Source of the DNA: a virus
Taxonomy: Duplodnaviria; Caudoviricetes
Virus record (IMG/VR): IMGVR_UViG_3300023283_000092
Location: 1-47,189 of that record
Length of the DNA: 47,189 nt
Reading direction: 5' to 3' (one strand)
A program made the translations under genes and the position numbers. Shown piece after piece: positions 8,530 to 15,875 of this stretch. How positions within the stretch are numbered: the first letter of the stretch is position 1; each line of letters begins with the position of its first letter. The notes beneath the pieces were generated by a model. That model saw only the letters and a list, made by a program, of their open reading frames with translations, was not told where the DNA came from and did no database searches.

Positions 8530-9097
8530 GATGGTACACAGGCCCGTATCGCCGGAAGACCTCGGGGTGCCGTTAACCTTCCGTGGACTCGGTGTCTCAG
8601 GCCCGGCGGGGGTTGGTAAAAGCACGCTTGCCGGTTATCTTGCCGATATCACTGGGGGTGAGGTAGTCAGTTTTGCTACGCCGCTCAAGGCTGCGGCCAG
8701 GCTTTTGGGTTGGGATGGGGGCAAGGACGACCGCGGTCGCGTGATGCTACAAAAACTGGGCCAGGTGATGCGAGGTTACGACCCTGAGACCTGGATAAGG
8801 CTGGCGCTCCAACCCCACGGTTTTGACATGGAGGAGCCCTCTCGGAGACTGCACGGGGGGCCATACTTCATCGACGGCATGAGGTTTCCCAACGAGGCAA
8901 ACTTCCTGGCGGTGGCCGGGTTCGGGTTGGTGCGAATGATGCCAAACGGGTTCCCGCTTTACGAGGGGTGGCGCAGGGACGAGAGCGAGGTCGCGCTCGA
9001 CGAGACGGAGCACGACTTCTACGTACGATCGGTTGCTGGAGACCTGGCCCTGCTGAGACAGTCTGCTGCAGAGCTGGCCTCCTATGTCTCTACCTAG
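8501..9097 (+). CDS. Deoxynucleoside monophosphate kinase
   Basis: GPAGVGKST P-loop, FATPLK, LQKLG, DGMRFPNE, ESE. Confidence 0.88.
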   Translation: MTLPNTPMYRMVHRPVSPEDLGVPLTFRGLGVSGPAGVGKSTLAGYLADITGGEVVSFATPLKAAARLLGWDGGKDDRGRVMLQKLGQVMRGYDPETWIRLALQPHGFDMEEPSRRLHGGPYFIDGMRFPNEANFLAVAGFGLVRMMPNGFPLYEGWRRDESEVALDETEHDFYVRSVAGDLALLRQSAAELASYVST

Positions 9098-9380
9098 TCT
9101 GCTGTTGACACCGCCCGAGGAATGGCCTGGGGTAATTGGGCCTCGGGTCAAACTGATTGAGGCCTGGCGCAACGGCACCCTGCGGGTACTCAATCCATCG
9201 TGCAAGGTTCTGGACATCATCGAGGCCTACGAAAACGGGGGCGTGGTGTGTTGGCACGAAACCTATGAGGAGTTCCAAGAGCTGTCCCCCGACATGTTGG
9301 TTTACCCGGTCAGTGAGGACTTCAAGTCCACTACAGGGCAGCGCCTTGAATCCACAGTCGGAAGGCAGGAGCAGTTTTGA
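9084..9380 (+). CDS. Hypothetical protein preceding helicase
   Basis: Overlaps both neighbours. Confidence 0.6.
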   Translation: MSLPSLLLTPPEEWPGVIGPRVKLIEAWRNGTLRVLNPSCKVLDIIEAYENGGVVCWHETYEEFQELSPDMLVYPVSEDFKSTTGQRLESTVGRQEQF

Positions 9381-10711
9381 GCGAGAAGTTATACTCTCAG
9401 GAGGCGGAAGTATCCGTGATTGGTGGTTGCTGGATCAAGCCGGATGCGTTTGACGATGTAGCGGAGGTTGTCTCCCCCGAGGATTTTCATGTCCAGGCAA
9501 ATCGGATAATCTTTCGTGCCATGAGGCGCCTACGCAACGAGGGGAACGCGCCTGACCCGGTGGCGGTTCGTGACCGGCTTGTTCGTGACAACGACCTGGA
9601 GGCGGCGGGGGGCGAGGACTATATGGCGGGCATTGTTGATGTGGTGTCCACCGCGCAGAACCTTATGCAGCACGCCCGCATCGTCGCCGACTACTCAGTG
9701 CGCCGATCCGTGGTCATGGCCTGCGATAACATCCGGGGCCGCGTCGGGGGCGGCGGTCTCTCGGCTCAGGAGTCACTCGAGGTAGCGGAGTCAGAGATCT
9801 TCGGCATCGTGAAGCGCCTGGGTAAGCCCACCGCCCTCAAAGGTGCGAGGGATATGACCCGGGATGTCGTGGCGCAGATTATGGCGGGCCCGCCCCGTGC
9901 GTTCGGCACGGGGTTCCCCGACCTCGACTACTACATCAACGGGTTTCGGCCGCGCGAGCTCACCGTTCTCGCTGCCCGCCCCAGCATGGGGAAGACCGGG
10001 ATGGCCCTACAGATGGCGGCGCATGCGGCCGTCAGGGAGAAGAAAAGGGTGGCCATATTCAGCCTGGAAATGGGCGACGAGGACGCGCTCAAGCGCATCG
10101 TGTCCATCGTGAGCGGGGTTGAGGTCACGCGCATCATGCAAGGCCCGCCGGAGTTTAGCGATGACGAGCTCGAACGCATCGACAGGACCGTGGGGAGGGT
10201 GGAGGGCTCCGAGCTCTACATCGACGGCACGGCAGCCCTATCAGGGTTCGATGTTCGCGCACGCAGTCGCCGGCTGGCCCGCAAGGGCGGGCTCGACCTG
10301 ATCGTGGTGGACTACCTGCAGCGTATGAGGGGGAAGTCCAACCGGGAGGCCAATCGGAACGTGGAGATCGGGGGCCTGATTCAGGACCTCAAGTCCGCCG
10401 CTAAGGAGCTCGAGTGCTCCGTGCTCTGCCTGTCGCAGCTGAGCCGGCGCGTGGAGGACCGGAACGACAAGATGCCTGTGCTCTCAGACCTTCGGGAGTC
10501 GGGTGACATCGAGCAGGAGGCCGACCGCATCATTATGATGTACCGGCCCGGATACTACATGGCCCCCAATGACGCGGCAGCCATGGGGGCGGACAAGGTC
10601 ACGGAGGTCTCCGTGAGCAAGAACCGCAACGGACCCACGGGGCGTCTCAAGCTATGTTTTCACGCCCCCACGGCGTCCTTCACCTCTTATCAGGGAGGGT
10701 TCAGTGGGTAG
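9377..10711 (+). CDS. dnaB: Replicative DNA helicase
   Basis: AARPSMGKT, FSLEM, VVDYLQ, LSQLSR, DLRESGDIEQEAD, KNRNGPTG; TTG start. Confidence 0.97.
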   Translation: MSEKLYSQEAEVSVIGGCWIKPDAFDDVAEVVSPEDFHVQANRIIFRAMRRLRNEGNAPDPVAVRDRLVRDNDLEAAGGEDYMAGIVDVVSTAQNLMQHARIVADYSVRRSVVMACDNIRGRVGGGGLSAQESLEVAESEIFGIVKRLGKPTALKGARDMTRDVVAQIMAGPPRAFGTGFPDLDYYINGFRPRELTVLAARPSMGKTGMALQMAAHAAVREKKRVAIFSLEMGDEDALKRIVSIVSGVEVTRIMQGPPEFSDDELERIDRTVGRVEGSELYIDGTAALSGFDVRARSRRLARKGGLDLIVVDYLQRMRGKSNREANRNVEIGGLIQDLKSAAKELECSVLCLSQLSRRVEDRNDKMPVLSDLRESGDIEQEADRIIMMYRPGYYMAPNDAAAMGADKVTEVSVSKNRNGPTGRLKLCFHAPTASFTSYQGGFSG

Positions 10712-10997
10712 GAAAAAGTCGGCTCCGAATCGGGTGCCCCTTAAGGTGTGGTCTCCCAAGCTATATGAGGCATGGGATGAGAAGATCGACACCTTGTTCC
10801 TGAAGGCGTACCCACCCGACAACCGGCCCAATCGTGATGACTGGAACATCAGGCGTGTCGGGTTGTTCGAGACACGGTACTGGACGCAGAGCGATTTCGA
10901 GAAGGCAGATAGGTTCCTGCAGGCCCGTTTGCGCCCGGAGCGCAGGAAGGTTAGTTTCAAGCGAGAACAATTGGCCCTGTTCAACGAGGAGGTGTAG
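10704..10997 (+). CDS. Hypothetical protein
   Basis: GTG start with GGAGG RBS. Confidence 0.6.
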   Translation: MGRKKSAPNRVPLKVWSPKLYEAWDEKIDTLFLKAYPPDNRPNRDDWNIRRVGLFETRYWTQSDFEKADRFLQARLRPERRKVSFKREQLALFNEEV

Positions 10998-11582
10998 GTG
11001 GTTCCCAGGGAGGCTATAGCACATACGATCCGCCACTCCAACATCGGAACGGAACGTTTTAGGCGTGTAATGGAGTGGATCATTGTGGAGCACGAGGGGG
11101 GGTTCGCCGACGACGCTCGAGATCCTGGCGGTAAAACACGATGGGGGATCACGGAGGCCGTGGCTCGGGATTGGGGCTACCCTGGGCCGATGCGGGAATT
11201 CCCACTCCCAAGGGCTTTGTTCGTCTATTTTGACGCCTACTGGCGCCCGTTGCGGCTGACTCAGGTCGCGTCCACTGATGTGGCCGCAGAGATCATGGAC
11301 TCGGGGATCAACACAGGCGTAGCGCAGGCCTCGAAGTTTGCACAGGAGGCGGTGAACATCCTATATGGCGGTGAGGACGGGGAGGGGGTTGCCGTGGATG
11401 GGGTGATCGGGCCCCAGACCCTGCACGCTCTGGGCTACTGGACCGCTAAGGACGAGGCGGCGCTTCTTGCGGCCCTGAACGGGTTCCAGTTCATGCACTA
11501 TCTCGGTCTTTACAGGCGCGGCCCCCGGCTTCGTTATGCAATTAGGTCGTGGGTGCGACGAACCCAGGCAAAGGAGTTTTAA
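10998..11582 (+). CDS. Endolysin, glycoside hydrolase family 108
   Basis: HEGGFADDARDPGGKTRWGIT; VDGVIGPQT peptidoglycan-binding motif. Confidence 0.92.
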   Translation: MVPREAIAHTIRHSNIGTERFRRVMEWIIVEHEGGFADDARDPGGKTRWGITEAVARDWGYPGPMREFPLPRALFVYFDAYWRPLRLTQVASTDVAAEIMDSGINTGVAQASKFAQEAVNILYGGEDGEGVAVDGVIGPQTLHALGYWTAKDEAALLAALNGFQFMHYLGLYRRGPRLRYAIRSWVRRTQAKEF

Positions 11583-12470
11583 GTGGAACTCATTGACCAC
11601 CAGTTGAAGTATGGCGGTGACCTTGGCACCAGGCACACCTTCATCGCCCTGGGCGACACGCATGTCGGTGCCAAGGGGTGCGACATGAAGAAGCTTAAGC
11701 AGGACATTGCCTGGCTCAAGGAGCAGGACCCCGAGACAACACACCTCATCTTGATGGGGGACCTCGGGGACTATGTGGACCAAGGCGATGGCCGCTTCGA
11801 TCAAGAGGATATCGACCGTGACGTGATCGACCTCTACAGCGGGGAGCCCGTCCACGAGCAGGTGCTCAGGGCGCTCATGGACCCCTCGCTGTTCGGCGAG
11901 TTGGACCCGTGGCTGCGCTGTGCTTTACGTGGCAACCACGGCCAGCAGAACAAGAAGGACGCCACCTGGCAGCGGTATGATCGTGTGTTGGCCCAGCGCC
12001 TGGGGTGGGCCCCCGAGGTGCGTGGTGCCGACCCGGACAGGCCGGGCTGGGGTTTGCATGGCGGGTATGACGCGTTCCTGCGGTTCCGCTTTGAGCACAC
12101 GGGCGGAGGTAAGCGTCGCACAGTGATGTTCCACGTTCACCACGGCTGGCAGTCGGGCCGCACGGCGGGCGCCAAGGTCAATCAGTTACAGCGGGAGATC
12201 GGTATGTTCCCGGGCTGTGACTTCCTTCTACGGGGGCACTCTCACGAGCACTTCGCGTGGAAGTACACGGCCCTGGGGACCAACCAGCGGTTCACCGATA
12301 TCCGGCACCGCAACATTGTGGTCGGCCACACGGGGACCTACTTGAGCGCGTACATGTTAGGTGGGGAATCATACGGGGAGCGTAAGCTCTATCCGCCCAC
12401 GGCGCCCGGGTACCTCAAGCTGTGGGCTGATATGACCGAGGATGGCTACGAACTCTGGGGAGGTGTGTAA
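11583..12470 (+). CDS. Calcineurin-like metallophosphoesterase
   Basis: GDTH, GDLGD, GNH, HHG, GHSH. Confidence 0.9.
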   Translation: MELIDHQLKYGGDLGTRHTFIALGDTHVGAKGCDMKKLKQDIAWLKEQDPETTHLILMGDLGDYVDQGDGRFDQEDIDRDVIDLYSGEPVHEQVLRALMDPSLFGELDPWLRCALRGNHGQQNKKDATWQRYDRVLAQRLGWAPEVRGADPDRPGWGLHGGYDAFLRFRFEHTGGGKRRTVMFHVHHGWQSGRTAGAKVNQLQREIGMFPGCDFLLRGHSHEHFAWKYTALGTNQRFTDIRHRNIVVGHTGTYLSAYMLGGESYGERKLYPPTAPGYLKLWADMTEDGYELWGGV

Positions 12471-12601
12471 TGGGCCTGGTTTACGACATGGAAATCACCG
12501 GAGGTATGGCTCCCGAAACCAATCTTGACCTGTTTATTATATGGGGTGCAACTGCCGTCGTGATGCTGGTCTTGTTGTATGCCAGCAAGCTGAGAAAGTA
12601 G
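12470..12601 (+). CDS. Small single-TM protein
   Basis: LFIIWGATAVVMLVLLY followed by KLRK; GGAGG RBS. Confidence 0.5.
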   Translation: MGLVYDMEITGGMAPETNLDLFIIWGATAVVMLVLLYASKLRK

Positions 12602-12692
12602 CTATGCTCTGGCTCCTGGTGTCCATTGTAATGTTTACCACGGTAATGTTGCTCTGTAGGATGAAATAGTTCACTTCACAAGGAGGTAATAC

Positions 12693-12890
12693 GTGTTGAT
12701 GGAACTATTAATGTTGGGGGTGGCGTTCTACCTCGGGGGATGCGTGACCCTGGTGCTCTCGATCAACCTGGGGTGGAACTGGAGGACCCCAACCCCGCTA
12801 ATGGAGGTAGAGCTCGGGGACATTTTGTCGATGGTTCTGTGGCCGTACTGGGCCGCGCTGGGTGTTGTGAGGAGGTGGCGTAATGGCTAG
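12693..12890 (+). CDS. Small membrane protein
   Basis: AGGAGGT RBS, two hydrophobic segments. Confidence 0.7.
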   Translation: MLMELLMLGVAFYLGGCVTLVLSINLGWNWRTPTPLMEVELGDILSMVLWPYWAALGVVRRWRNG

Positions 12891-13014
12891 GCGGCTGTCG
12901 GGCCCCGGGTTCCCCGATCCGGGTACACCTAACTGGGACGACTTGTGGTATGCCGTTATGGTTGCCGTGGCTGCGGGCGCCATTGTTGTCGGGCTTATTG
13001 GAGGGAACCTATGA
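12883..13014 (+). CDS. Small single-TM protein
   Basis: GGAGGT RBS; LWYAVMVAVAAGAIVVGLIG. Confidence 0.55.
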   Translation: MARRLSGPGFPDPGTPNWDDLWYAVMVAVAAGAIVVGLIGGNL

Positions 13015-13262
13015 GCGGCACGACCCCGATCAAGACATGTATGTTGGAGCCAGGGCATGATAAGTTCAGTGCGAGTCGCTTGCTTGCGATAGCGGCCACC
13101 ATCGAAATGTTAGTGCTCGCGCCCGCCGTGCTTGGGTTTATGATGTTCGGACCACTCACCGTGGCCATGCTGGAGTCGTGGGGTGCCTGGGCCATCAAGC
13201 TGTTCGCGGGTGCTGTGTTCCCGTTGGTGGTCAACTACGTGCAGCGGGCCTTCCGTGACTAG
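13011..13262 (+). CDS. Putative holin
   Basis: Two TM segments, SASRLL motif, downstream of endolysin. Confidence 0.5.
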   Translation: MSGTTPIKTCMLEPGHDKFSASRLLAIAATIEMLVLAPAVLGFMMFGPLTVAMLESWGAWAIKLFAGAVFPLVVNYVQRAFRD

Positions 13263-13881
13263 GCTTCGCTGGGCCCTCGTGGCAGCTGCCGCCCTTGCCA
13301 TCGTGTACATTCTTGGGCGCGTGTCAGCCCCCACCCCACCCCCGACCTTCCCCGAGGTGCAGGTGGCCCCGGAGGCGCTCGGGCCGCTCAAGCCCAAGCT
13401 GGACGACTCCTTTATCACGAACCTTCTAGACCGTACCCTGCAACCGTCCCAGGTTGCCACAGCACCAGGCGCCGAGGTTGCGTTAATAGAGCGGTTCTGT
13501 GCCCCACGCAACTCCGAGGGTAGGCTACCCCCCATCGGGGGTGCCGAACCGCCCCAGAGGCCCGTTTCTGTGGCTCTGGCCCCCGTTCTATACACGGGAG
13601 GGAAGTATGACAGGACGACACTGGAACTGTTTACTGCGACTTCGCGCGGCGCTGGCCAGAGGTATCTGTTCGAAGGCGTCCACCGACCACTCGAGTTCGG
13701 ACTCGATAAAGAAGGAAGACCCTTCGTCGAAACCAGCCGAATCTGGTGGCTCGAGCCATCGCTCAGGGTTGGGGCTGGATCAGCTGCCGGCGCAGCAGTG
13801 GGCGGCCTGGCTGCGGGCACGGGCGGGAGCGTCGCGGGAGCGGCGATCGGGGCGATCCTAGGCGTACTGCTGACATACTGA
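13255..13881 (+). CDS. Membrane protein with N- and C-terminal hydrophobic segments (spanin-like candidate)
   Basis: GTG at 13255; N-terminal TM, Gly-zipper C-terminus. Confidence 0.5.
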   Translation: MTRLRWALVAAAALAIVYILGRVSAPTPPPTFPEVQVAPEALGPLKPKLDDSFITNLLDRTLQPSQVATAPGAEVALIERFCAPRNSEGRLPPIGGAEPPQRPVSVALAPVLYTGGKYDRTTLELFTATSRGAGQRYLFEGVHRPLEFGLDKEGRPFVETSRIWWLEPSLRVGAGSAAGAAVGGLAAGTGGSVAGAAIGAILGVLLTY

Positions 13882-13926
13882 CCATATCGGTCACATATTT
13901 CGGACACAACCCATTATAACGGACAC

Positions 13927-13969
13927 AAAAGGCCCCCGAGTGGCGCTAGAAGCGCACACCCCGGGGGCC
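13927..13969 (-). terminator. Intrinsic terminator of tRNA operon
   Basis: GGCCCCCG stem followed by TTTTGT on minus strand. Confidence 0.7.
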
Positions 13970-14004
13970 TGTCTACATGATAGCCTCGCACGAAGCGAAG
14001 CAAG

Positions 14005-14080
14005 TGGTAGCCCCTGCCGGGTTCGAACCGGCGATCTCCGCCTTGAGAGGGCGACGTGTTGCCCGCTACACCAAGGGGCC
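14005..14080 (-). tRNA. trnE: tRNA-Glu(CTC)
   Basis: Cloverleaf, loop CT-CTC-AA, ACCA end. Confidence 0.95.
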
Positions 14081-14085
14081 ATTGA

Positions 14086-14156
14086 TGGCACAGGGACTAG
14101 GAATCGAACCCAGCACGACAAGCTTTGGAGGCTCGTCTGAGCCCAGCCCTCCCTGC
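14086..14156 (-). tRNA. trnW: tRNA-Trp(CCA), miniature D-arm
   Basis: Loop CT-CCA-AA, TTCGATT, GCCA end; D-arm GGGC-TGG-GCTC. Confidence 0.85.
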
Positions 14157-14162
14157 ACAGGA

Positions 14163-14239
14163 TGGTAACGACGGCGGGGCTTGAACCCGCTAGGGACAGC
14201 TTGAAAGGCTGCCTGCTCGACCACTTTGCATTCGCCGTT
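14163..14239 (-). tRNA. trnE: tRNA-Glu(TTC)
   Basis: Loop CT-TTC-AA, ACCA end. Confidence 0.9.
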
Positions 14240-14243
14240 ATGA

Positions 14244-14320
14244 TGGGGCATCGGGCGGGAATCGAACCCGCAACCTCGACGTTGGCAACGTCGCGTTCTG
14301 GCCGATTGAACTACCGATGC
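14244..14320 (-). tRNA. trnG: tRNA-Gly(GCC)
   Basis: Loop TT-GCC-AA, CCCA end. Confidence 0.95.
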
Positions 14321-14324
14321 ATAT

Positions 14325-14399
14325 TGGGGCGGCGCTCGGGACTTGCACCCGATCCACATGGTTGGAAGCCATGCATGCTGCTCGTAACACCTGCACCGC
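14325..14399 (-). tRNA. trnG: tRNA-Gly(TCC), atypical D/T loops
   Basis: Loop CT-TCC-AA; T-loop TGCAAGT; no D-loop GG. Confidence 0.85.
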
Positions 14400-14403
14400 A
14401 TGA

Positions 14404-14482
14404 TGGTGGGTCCGGCTGGAATCGAACCAGCGTCCACCCGCTTAAAAGGCGGGAGCTCTACCTGGCTGAGCTTACGGAACCC
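14404..14482 (-). tRNA. trnK: tRNA-Lys(TTT), bulged acceptor stem
   Basis: Loop CT-TTT-AA; GGGTTCCG/CGGACCC. Confidence 0.88.
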
Positions 14483-14486
14483 ATGA

Positions 14487-14562
14487 TGGTTGGCCCGGTG
14501 GGAATCGAACCCACAACCCTCGGTTTAAGAGACCGACACTCTACCTGTTGAGTTACGGGCCG
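14487..14562 (-). tRNA. trnK: tRNA-Lys(CTT)
   Basis: Loop CT-CTT-AA; C1xA72. Confidence 0.93.
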
Positions 14563-14566
14563 TCGA

Positions 14567-14649
14567 TGGTGAGCAGGGGTGGAGTTGAACCACCACAGCC
14601 TAAGCGGGAGGGTTACAGCCTCCGGGGCTCGCCAATGCCCAGCCTACCC
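14567..14649 (-). tRNA. trnY: tRNA-Tyr(GTA)
   Basis: Loop CT-GTA-AC, variable arm. Confidence 0.92.
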
Positions 14650-14725
14650 ATTGTATGATGGCGACCCAAGCGAAGTGTCGAGAACGAGTCTCGACGTTAC
14701 GCCAGCACGGATGGTCGCCATGTGA

Positions 14726-14811
14726 TGGGGGAAGGCTGAGGAATCGAACCCCTGCCCAAGTGGGCCCCTCCGGGTTCAAACCGGATTGCCGACCATTCGG
14801 CGGAGCCTTCC
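14726..14811 (-). tRNA. trnS: tRNA-Ser(TGA), 8/4 fold
   Basis: Loop TT-TGA-AC; 8-bp acceptor, 4-bp T stem, variable arm. Confidence 0.88.
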
Positions 14812-14817
14812 CTGATA

Positions 14818-14892
14818 TGGACGCCCTGACTGGATTCGAACCAGCATTTACGTGGGTTGCAACCACGCGCCTTCCCGCTTGGCTACAGAGCG
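14818..14892 (-). tRNA. trnC: tRNA-Cys(GCA)
   Basis: Loop TT-GCA-AC, U73. Confidence 0.93.
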
Positions 14893-14899
14893 TTGGTGA

Positions 14900-14991
14900 T
14901 GGCGGCGGGGCAAGGATTCGAACCTTGGCACCCCGTTAGAGGTGGCCTCCGGTTAGCAACCGGGCACCGTTACCTGCTCGGTCAACCCGCC
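14900..14991 (-). tRNA. trnS: tRNA-Ser(GCT)
   Basis: Loop TT-GCT-AA, long variable arm, G73. Confidence 0.93.
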
Positions 14992-14998
14992 TTGAGAA

Positions 14999-15075
14999 TG
15001 GGGCGAGGCTCGGGGATCGCACCCGAATCTCCAGCGTCACAGGCTGGAATCTTGGCTGATTAGACTAGCCTCACC
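14999..15075 (-). tRNA. trnH: tRNA-His(GTG)
   Basis: Loop CT-GTG-AC, G-1:C73; T-loop TGCGATC. Confidence 0.9.
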
Positions 15076-15080
15076 ATGTA

Positions 15081-15150
15081 TGGGGCCCCCACGACGAATC
15101 GAACGCCGCTACCAGCCGTACAAAGGGTGGCTGCTCCCAGAGCTAAGGGC
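15081..15150 (-). tRNA. trnT: tRNA-Thr(TGT), miniature D-arm
   Basis: Loop TT-TGT-AC, D-arm GCTC-TGG-GAGC, TTCGATT; one C-C mismatch in anticodon stem. Confidence 0.72.
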
Positions 15151-15154
15151 CTGA

Positions 15155-15229
15155 TGGCGGAGACGAAGGGAATCGAACCCTCATAGGACGCCTCGACAGG
15201 GCGGTGCATTGCCAGTCTGCCACGTCTCC
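15155..15229 (-). tRNA. trnD: tRNA-Asp(GTC)
   Basis: Loop CT-GTC-GA, G73. Confidence 0.92.
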
Positions 15230-15235
15230 GTAAGA

Positions 15236-15311
15236 TGGTGTCTCAGGGAGGGGTCGAACCTCCGACGCGCAGGGCTTCAACCTGCCGCTCTACCTGCTGA
15301 GCTACCGAGAC
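15236..15311 (-). tRNA. trnF: tRNA-Phe(GAA)
   Basis: Loop TT-GAA-GC. Confidence 0.95.
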
Positions 15312-15316
15312 ATATA

Positions 15317-15394
15317 TGGTCTGTCGGGCAGGATTCGAACCTGCGGCAACCTGGTTCCAAACCAGGGACTCTGGCCTGACTGAGCTACCGACAG
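15317..15394 (-). tRNA. trnP: tRNA-Pro(TGG)
   Basis: Loop TT-TGG-AA, C1-G72, A73. Confidence 0.93.
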
Positions 15395-15398
15395 AAGA

Positions 15399-15474
15399 TG
15401 GTACAGGGCCTAGGAATCGAACCTAGCTGTGCCGCTTTGTAAGAGCGGTGCATCTGCCACTCTGCCAACCCTGC
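15399..15474 (-). tRNA. trnV: tRNA-Val(TAC)
   Basis: Loop CT-TAC-AA, A73. Confidence 0.92.
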
Positions 15475-15476
15475 AT

Positions 15477-15546
15477 GCAGAACACCGGGCGTGCTGCCAT
15501 TACACCACCACGTGGGCTCGGAATCGAACCGAGGTCTCCCGGCTGA
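15477..15546 (-). ncRNA. Circularly permuted tRNA-like RNA (YrlA/Y-RNA-like module)
   Basis: Order: CCGGG stem - T arm - closed mini acceptor hairpin - D arm - CCCGG stem. Confidence 0.75.
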
Positions 15547-15547
15547 T

Positions 15548-15641
15548 TGGTTGCGCCGCCCGGAATCGAACCGGGGCTAACCGCTCATCTGGCGTATCAG
15601 GGTTATAAGCCCTGTCGTGCTTCCAGTTACACTACGGCGCG
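15548..15641 (-). tRNA. Initiator-like tRNA with TAT anticodon and long variable arm
   Basis: CAGGG-CT-TAT-AA-CCCTG, C1xA72, ACCA end. Confidence 0.85.
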
Positions 15642-15719
15642 AAGCTGCGGCCCCCAGGATTTGTTGGCCAACCCCACCGTATACGCGTGGGCGAGGGCCT
15701 CACCGGCCAGGGGGCATGT

Positions 15720-15794
15720 TGGTTGCCGCCGTGGGAACCGACCCCACACTGTCCGCTTATCGGGCGGATGGTCTTCCAGTTAACCTAGGCGGCG
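15720..15794 (-). tRNA. trnI: tRNA-Ile(GAT), atypical
   Basis: Loop CC-GAT-AA, T-loop GTCGGTT, C1xA72; other stem pairs intact. Confidence 0.75.
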
Positions 15795-15798
15795 AAGA

Positions 15799-15875
15799 TG
15801 GTAGCGGTGCCGGGAGTCTAACCCGGGTTACCGGCTTATGAGACCGGTCAGAGAAACGTCCCTAGCCCTACCGCT
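15799..15875 (-). tRNA. trnM: tRNA-Met/Ile2(CAT), atypical D-arm
   Basis: Loop CT-CAT-AA, T-loop TTAGACT, ACCA end. Confidence 0.75.

Noticed and set aside
15645-15716. Theta/HDV-like ribozyme downstream of a tRNA
   Set aside because: Could not assign a valid P1/P3 nested pseudoknot by eye; kept only as an unknown structure
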